Assembly (NCBI GenBank): GCA_964510585.1
Contig: CAZECW010000172.1
Coordinates: 1 to 11,283 of the forward strand
Source of the DNA: an uncultured archaeon
GTDB lineage: Archaea; Asgardarchaeota; Jordiarchaeia; Jordiarchaeales; Jordiarchaeaceae
Direction: 5' to 3'
DNA length: 11,283 nucleotides
This document shows positions 6,481 to 11,283 of the stretch, piece by piece; the first letter of the stretch is position 1, and each line of letters starts with the position of its first letter. The translations under genes were made by a program, and so were the position numbers. The notes below the pieces were generated by a model. The model searched no databases. It had not been told where the DNA came from and saw nothing but the letters and a program-made list of their open reading frames with translations.

Positions 6481-7410
6481 TTGCTAAGGGTGGGTGGAAA
6501 AATTCTGGAGTTAAAGGGACTTATTTTTAATATTCAGAGGTTCAGTATTCATGATGGGCCTGGAATAAGAACCACGGTTTTCTTGAAGGGGTGCCCTCTG
6601 AGATGCCTTTGGTGTTCTAATCCTGAATCTCATGAGCCCTTTCCTACTATTATTGTTCGAGACATCAAATGTGCCAAGTGTGGAAGCTGCGCTTTGGTGT
6701 GTCCTGTTGGAGCTATAAGCTTTGATAGGGAGAGGGGCAGAGTGATTAATTGGATGGCTTGTAATCAATGCTTGGTTTGCGTGGATGCATGCAAGTATCA
6801 GTCTCTTAGCATTTGTGGAAGATATATGGGTGTGAATGAGGTTCTTGGAGAGGTGTTGAGGGATGTGCCCTTCTACAAAAATTCGGGTGGTGGGGTGACT
6901 GTTTCGGGGGGTGAGCCTCTCTTGCAGTGGGAGTTTGTTTCTGAACTTTGCAGAACTTTTAGAGAAAATAAGCTCCATATTGCTCTTGAGACATGCGGCT
7001 TCGCCCCCTGGAAAAATTTTGAGAGGGTTTTGGAACATGTGGATTTGATTCTTTACGATGTTAAGCACCTTGACCCTGTGAAACATAGGGAAGGAACCGG
7101 TGTGGATAATGCGGTAATTTTGGACAACCTCCACAAAGCGGCTAAGAAGAGGCCGGTCTGGATTAGAATACCCCTAATTGCTGGGTATAATGATTCAAGG
7201 GAGCACATTAAAAGCCTGGTAAATTTAGCAAGAGAGGTGGACGCCAAAAAGATTTCATTGTTGCCCTACCATGAAGGTGGGAAATCAAAGTGTGAACAAA
7301 TCGGAAAAACTTATCCCATACCGGACGCTAAAGCCCCGCCAGAAGAGTACGTCAAAGAACTACAAAAATATATTACAGAGTTGGGGGTGGAAGCAACAAT
7401 AGGTCATTAG
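6481..7410 (+). CDS. Glycyl radical enzyme activating enzyme (radical SAM) with a 2x[4Fe-4S] ferredoxin-like insertion
   Basis: FNIQRFSIHDGPGIRTTVFLKGCPLRCLWCSNPES (CxxxCxxC); inserts CAKCGSCALVCP and CNQCLVCVDAC; GGVTVSGGEP; ETCG; LLPYH. Begins 60 nt after the GRE stop. Exact start uncertain (TTG 6481 or GTG 6490). Confidence 0.94.
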   Translation: MLRVGGKILELKGLIFNIQRFSIHDGPGIRTTVFLKGCPLRCLWCSNPESHEPFPTIIVRDIKCAKCGSCALVCPVGAISFDRERGRVINWMACNQCLVCVDACKYQSLSICGRYMGVNEVLGEVLRDVPFYKNSGGGVTVSGGEPLLQWEFVSELCRTFRENKLHIALETCGFAPWKNFERVLEHVDLILYDVKHLDPVKHREGTGVDNAVILDNLHKAAKKRPVWIRIPLIAGYNDSREHIKSLVNLAREVDAKKISLLPYHEGGKSKCEQIGKTYPIPDAKAPPEEYVKELQKYITELGVEATIGH

Positions 7411-7499
7411 TACAGGTGACTTATGACCAAAAGACTTTTCAATTATGAGTAAAGCATGGTATTTTAATCAAGAATTAGTTAATTTAGAGGTGCCAAGTT

Positions 7500-8156
7500 T
7501 TGGAGATAAAGGCTCTTGTCTTTGATTTGGAGGGTACACTTTACAATTCTAGAGAACTTGCCAATGAGTGGCGGGTTCAGGTATTTAAACTACTCAAGGA
7601 GAAAACTGGGAGAAGCGAGGAGGATATTCTGAAAGAATTTTTAAAGATAACTGAAGAATTAAGGAGACAAGGATTCAGGAGACCTCCCGTCTCCATGATA
7701 GTGGAAAAAGTGGGAATAACTAGGGAAGAGTTCTACAAGGCAATAGACTCGGTGGACGCTAAAAAATTTTTGAAACCCGATCCGGAACTGAAACAAGCTT
7801 TGGAACACATGAAGAAGCGGTGGAAGCTGGCTATGCTTACAAACCTGAGCCGTAAAAGCACCCTCAACATAATTGAAGCCCTAGACCTAGACCCAGGAAT
7901 TTTTAACCCTCTGATTACCGCGAGTGAAATGGAAAAAGGAAAACCAGATCCGGAACCCTTCAAGAAGATAATTGAAGATTTAGGCTTGGAACCCTCATCC
8001 ATAATGATGGTGGGCGACAGCATTTCATCAGATCTAGCACCCGCCAAGAAGCTGGGAATGAAAACCGCTCTTGTCAGCGAAAAAGAAAGCTCACCCCTAG
8101 CTGACATAAAAGTTAAAAACATTGTAGAATTAAAAGAAATTCTTGAAAACGAATAA
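7500..8156 (+). CDS. HAD-superfamily hydrolase (cap-domain type, phosphatase-like), 218 aa
   Basis: Motif I FDLEGTL, motif II LTN, motif III KPDPEPF, motif IV VGDSISSD. TTG start with GAGGTG at 7487-7492. Confidence 0.9.
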   Translation: MEIKALVFDLEGTLYNSRELANEWRVQVFKLLKEKTGRSEEDILKEFLKITEELRRQGFRRPPVSMIVEKVGITREEFYKAIDSVDAKKFLKPDPELKQALEHMKKRWKLAMLTNLSRKSTLNIIEALDLDPGIFNPLITASEMEKGKPDPEPFKKIIEDLGLEPSSIMMVGDSISSDLAPAKKLGMKTALVSEKESSPLADIKVKNIVELKEILENE

Positions 8157-8481
8157 AAACTATCCATTCCAACAATTTTTAAGAATCAGACACATATAAA
8201 CATCCAACTTTTTGAAATAGGGAGATAAAAGGGATTCAAGAAACCTTAGAATTCCCATCTCTACTTCAAAAACAATAAATTTCATTTGTGAAAAAATCTG
8301 AATAGGCCCCCTCAAGAAAAATAGAACTTTAGGGTCACAATTTTTTGAGATGAATTCACATAAATTTTATGTCTACACTACTTTGGAAACGGCCTTTTTT
8401 TCAAAGGGTGTTAGTGATGATGTTGATTTCTCCTGCTTCTTATCTCCTTTTTGGACTGGAACATAAAACTTGTTTCACATA

Positions 8482-8548
8482 TCTCTTTTCAAAAGAGAAA
8501 CAAAGGAATCTAGAACTATTCTGAGAGGGCATAATAACTTTTTTATAA
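8482..8548 (+). promoter_or_regulatory. Palindrome plus TATA-like box upstream of the FAD oxidoreductase
   Basis: TCTCTTTT-C-AAAAGAGA (8482-8498) is a perfect 8-bp inverted repeat. TTTTATAA at 8541-8548 lies ~60 nt before the ATG at 8609. Confidence 0.35.
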
Positions 8549-8608
8549 GAGTTTACCGTATATATGAAAAGTCATGATTCTGATATCCCTTTTTTGGAGA
8601 GATGAGCC

Positions 8609-10099
8609 ATGTCTGAGAAATTTGATGCGGTGGTTATTGGCGCTGGTTTAGGTGGACTCTCCTCCGCCGCCACCCTAGCTAAGAATGGTCTGAGCGTTTT
8701 GCTTCTTGATAAGCACTACAAGCCCGGCGGGTATGCAACCTCCTTTGTTAGGGGAAGGTTCGAGTTCGAGGTAGCACTCCACGCTCTCTCCGGACTAGAT
8801 CTTGACCGTAAACGTGGTTACATGTACCGGATGCTTGAAGATCTCGGAATCACAAAGAGGGTGGAATTCGTTAAACTTCCCACGCTCTACAAATCGGTCT
8901 ATCCCGATTTTGAGTTTGTGATGCCCGCCGGGAGAGAAAATATTGAGAATGTTCTATTTGACACTTTTCCCAAGGAGTCGGAAGGCATAAAACGTTTCCT
9001 TGACCGAATAAGTGCTACAAACGCTGTTCTCACCGGGCTCCAGCGGGGTGGAGTGACAAAAGAGCAGATTCAGGAACACTTTGTAAAGTATCAAGACAAG
9101 ACACTCGCAGAAGTGTTAAACGCAGACGTTAAAGATGTTAGGGCTCGCGCAATCCTCGCCCAGCTTACTGGCTACTTTGGACTTCCACCCTCAAAGGTTT
9201 CCTACATATTAGCTGCGTCTGGCCTAGACACCTACTTCATGTATGGTGGAGCCCAAATAAGAGGAACCTCCCACACCCTGGCAAACGCCTTCGTAGAATC
9301 CATTACCGAATTCGGGGGAGAAGTTCGACTAAGCAACGGAGCCAAGAAAATCCTCACAGAAGGAGGCAGAGTCACTGGAGTCATAACAGAGAAAAACGAG
9401 AAAATAGAAACAGATTACATAGTTTCAAATGTTAACCCCTTTGCGCTGTGCAACTTAATTGGCCTGGATAAGATGCCTGAGTCCTTCTTGGAGAAGCTGC
9501 GCTCAAAGCCCATAGCCATAGCAACAACCTGTGTTTACTTGGGGTTGGATGTACCGCACACCGAGCTGGGACTAGACGAATTTGAAATGTTTATTGGCTC
9601 AAGCTATGACTTTGACCGACTCTACAAAACTAGTAGAAGTCTGGAGCCAACCGAGATTGGACTTGCCACCTACAACTTGGCTTATTCCGACGCCTCACCA
9701 CCAGGAACAACCATTATGGTACTCACAACCATTTCCAATGGCGATGCTTGGACAAAACTGGATCCCGCACAGTACTTTGAAACAAAGACGAGAGTAGGTG
9801 ACAGAATGTTAAAAATAGCTGAGGAGAGAGTGGTTCCGGGACTAAGGGAACACATTGAGGTAGTGGAAGTATCCACACCAATCACCAACATGCGGTACAC
9901 TGGAAACCCAGACGGCACAATACTTGGAACCCCCTACACTCCCGACAATGTTTTGGGAAAACGCTTGCCGCAGGAAGGACCATTTAAAGGACTTTACCTT
10001 GCCGGAGCATGGACCCAGATTGGTGGAGGATACCAAACCTGTTTGATGTCTGGCAACTGGGCCGCAAACAGAATTCTCAGCGAGGTTAAAAGAAAATAA
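8609..10099 (+). CDS. FAD-dependent oxidoreductase of the phytoene desaturase / retinol saturase (CrtI-like, COG1233) superfamily, 496 aa
   Basis: N-terminal Rossmann motif FDAVVIGAGLGGLSSAATLAKNG..V.LLDK...PGGYATSF.RG.FEFE. C-terminal TPIT..RYT.N.DG...G and GLYLAGAWT..GGGY...LMSG..AA. RBS GGAGAG upstream. No carotenoid synthesis genes nearby, so the substrate is not assigned. Confidence 0.88.
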   Translation: MSEKFDAVVIGAGLGGLSSAATLAKNGLSVLLLDKHYKPGGYATSFVRGRFEFEVALHALSGLDLDRKRGYMYRMLEDLGITKRVEFVKLPTLYKSVYPDFEFVMPAGRENIENVLFDTFPKESEGIKRFLDRISATNAVLTGLQRGGVTKEQIQEHFVKYQDKTLAEVLNADVKDVRARAILAQLTGYFGLPPSKVSYILAASGLDTYFMYGGAQIRGTSHTLANAFVESITEFGGEVRLSNGAKKILTEGGRVTGVITEKNEKIETDYIVSNVNPFALCNLIGLDKMPESFLEKLRSKPIAIATTCVYLGLDVPHTELGLDEFEMFIGSSYDFDRLYKTSRSLEPTEIGLATYNLAYSDASPPGTTIMVLTTISNGDAWTKLDPAQYFETKTRVGDRMLKIAEERVVPGLREHIEVVEVSTPITNMRYTGNPDGTILGTPYTPDNVLGKRLPQEGPFKGLYLAGAWTQIGGGYQTCLMSGNWAANRILSEVKRK

Positions 10100-10399
10100 A
10101 AAGTACAGTGTACCACATTATCAAGGATTTAGAAAAGCCCTTACAGAAAGTGCGTAGATAAGAGGAGTAACTTGAACTTTAAAATCCTTTACTATTAACA
10201 TAATTAGGAGAGGGGGATCTCGGAACTATTCTAAATTCTCTTATTCACAGTTATGAGTGGTATTCTCCGTTCTTAACTCTGCAGCTAAGATAATTGTTTA
10301 ACGAAGAAGTTTACTAGTTTGGATGCGGATAAACTTAATATATTTCCGGTAAAATTTTATTTTTTTGCTTACATCGATGCTTTGGAAGTCAGTGCTTTT

Positions 10400-11146
10400 A
10401 TGACAGTTACTTTACCTCCAGAGAAGGTTTCTAAGGGTTTAAAAAACATAATTTATGACGGTATTTGCTCCCAATCCCTATTCACCCTCGCTGGTGGGCC
10501 ATTCCTAGTGGCTTTTGCTCTTATTATGGGAGCAGATAATGCATATATAGGATACATTACCGCGGTATCTTTTCTAAGCCAGTTGATTCAAATCCCCACC
10601 ATATACTTGATTGAAAAGCTTGGCAGGAGGAAACTCATAACAATAATAGGTTCCCTAACAAGCCGAGCTATGTGGATTGTTATTGCTCTTATGCCCTTTT
10701 TTTCTCCACAAAACCTACTTCTACTACTTGGCGTTTTTTCCACAAGTTCCATACTTGCTAATGTGTCCGCCTGTAGTTGGAACTCCTGGATGAGAGATTT
10801 AGTTCCTATAGAAACCCGTGGAGTGTTTTTCGCAAAACGTTTCAAGCTGAGTTATGCCCTCAGCTCCACGCTGGGCATTCTGGCTGGACTGTTCATTGAT
10901 AATTTGGGCGGAGTGTCTTTAGAGATTCTAAAAAGTTACTCTATAATTTTCATCATTGGGACAATTTTCGGCTTGATGAGCGTTTTTTTCATTACACGCA
11001 TCCCTGAACCAGCTATGGAAAAATCAAAATTCAGCCTTGAACTGTTGAAACAGCCATTCTTAGATAAAAACTTCAGAAAACTCCTTTCCACCCTAGGCTT
11101 TTGGAGTTTTGCCTCTAATCTCGCAACACCATTCGTAGCAGTTTAC
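10400..11146 (+). pseudogene. MFS transporter, N-terminal ~249 codons; apparently interrupted at ~11147 (missing from the ORF track because no stop lies inside the window)
   Basis: My translation reads MTVTLPPEKVSKGLKNIIYDGICSQSLFTLAGGPFLVAFAL...LIEKLGRRKLITII...SWNSWMRDLVPIETRGVFFAKR...IPEP...LKQPFLDKNFRKLL..LGFWSFASNLATPFVAVY. It has hydrophobic TM helices, an MFS loop motif (EKLGRRK) and the start of TM7. After this the same frame becomes polar and non-membrane (KLLYPKVSYRYGAPIFPNCFYKEVCRQAFKE...). Confidence 0.72.
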
Positions 11147-11283
11147 AAGCTACTTTATCCTAAAGTGTCATATAGGTATGGAGCTCCAATTTTTCCAAAT
11201 TGTTTCTACAAGGAAGTATGCCGACAGGCTTTTAAAGAGAACATTTTAGTGCGGGTAAATAGAAAGATGCACTGCGCCATGGG
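11147..11283. other. Foreign-looking segment replacing the MFS C-terminal half (possible inserted element end, rearrangement or assembly junction)
   Basis: No frame clearly continues the MFS. The junction follows GTTTAC. The segment starts with a small palindrome, ACTTTA-TCC-TAAAGT (11152-11166). Confidence 0.35.

Noticed and set aside
4263-7247. Antisense ORFs within the GRE and activase genes (4263-4508, 4638-4859, 5413-5832, 5842-6318, 6511-7134, 7053-7247)
   Set aside because: Shadow ORFs opposite strongly supported genes, with no domain signatures.
6481-7410. G+T-rich 5' half versus A+C-rich 3' end of the activase gene (41/60 G+T at 6841-6900 versus 20/60 at 7321-7380)
   Set aside because: Only two 60-nt samples were counted, the pattern is partly explained by amino-acid content, and the protein shows no sign of a chimeric junction.
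8513-10232. Shared 10-mer GAACTATTCT at 8513-8522 and 10223-10232, upstream of two genes
   Set aside because: The distances to the TATA-like boxes differ and the symmetry is weak; compatible with chance in AT-rich DNA.
11148-11249. +1 frame after the MFS junction (SYFILKCHIGMELQFFQIVSTRKYADRLLKRTF*) as a frameshifted continuation
   Set aside because: KYADR resembles an MFS loop, but the segment is too short and polar for TM8 and stops after 33 codons.

Overview
AT-rich-intergenic window that is probably archaeal (inferred from BRE/TATA-like boxes, GGAGG(TG) ribosome-binding sites and TTG starts). Two gene sets diverge from a ~570-bp intergenic region. The left arm (minus strand) encodes rubrerythrin, a two-domain SseA-type sulfurtransferase and a CstB/Blh-like MBL-fold persulfide dioxygenase-rhodanese fusion, and ends at an IS608-like (IS200/IS605) left end running off the window. 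The right arm (plus strand) encodes an ~800-aa glycyl radical enzyme (GRE), its ferredoxin-insert radical SAM activase, a HAD hydrolase with a DxE motif I, a CrtI/COG1233-like FAD oxidoreductase, and an MFS transporter whose sequence abruptly stops looking like an MFS at ~11147. The best candidate for undescribed biology is the GRE. Its catalytic loop reads SGCVYIE, which fits none of the characterised GRE classes I know, and no small-subunit gene is present. The intergenic region also holds a 183-bp element with 19-bp terminal inverted repeats (MITE-like or structured RNA) and a perfect palindrome next to a TATA box. No database searches were run; all functional assignments come from motif reading.
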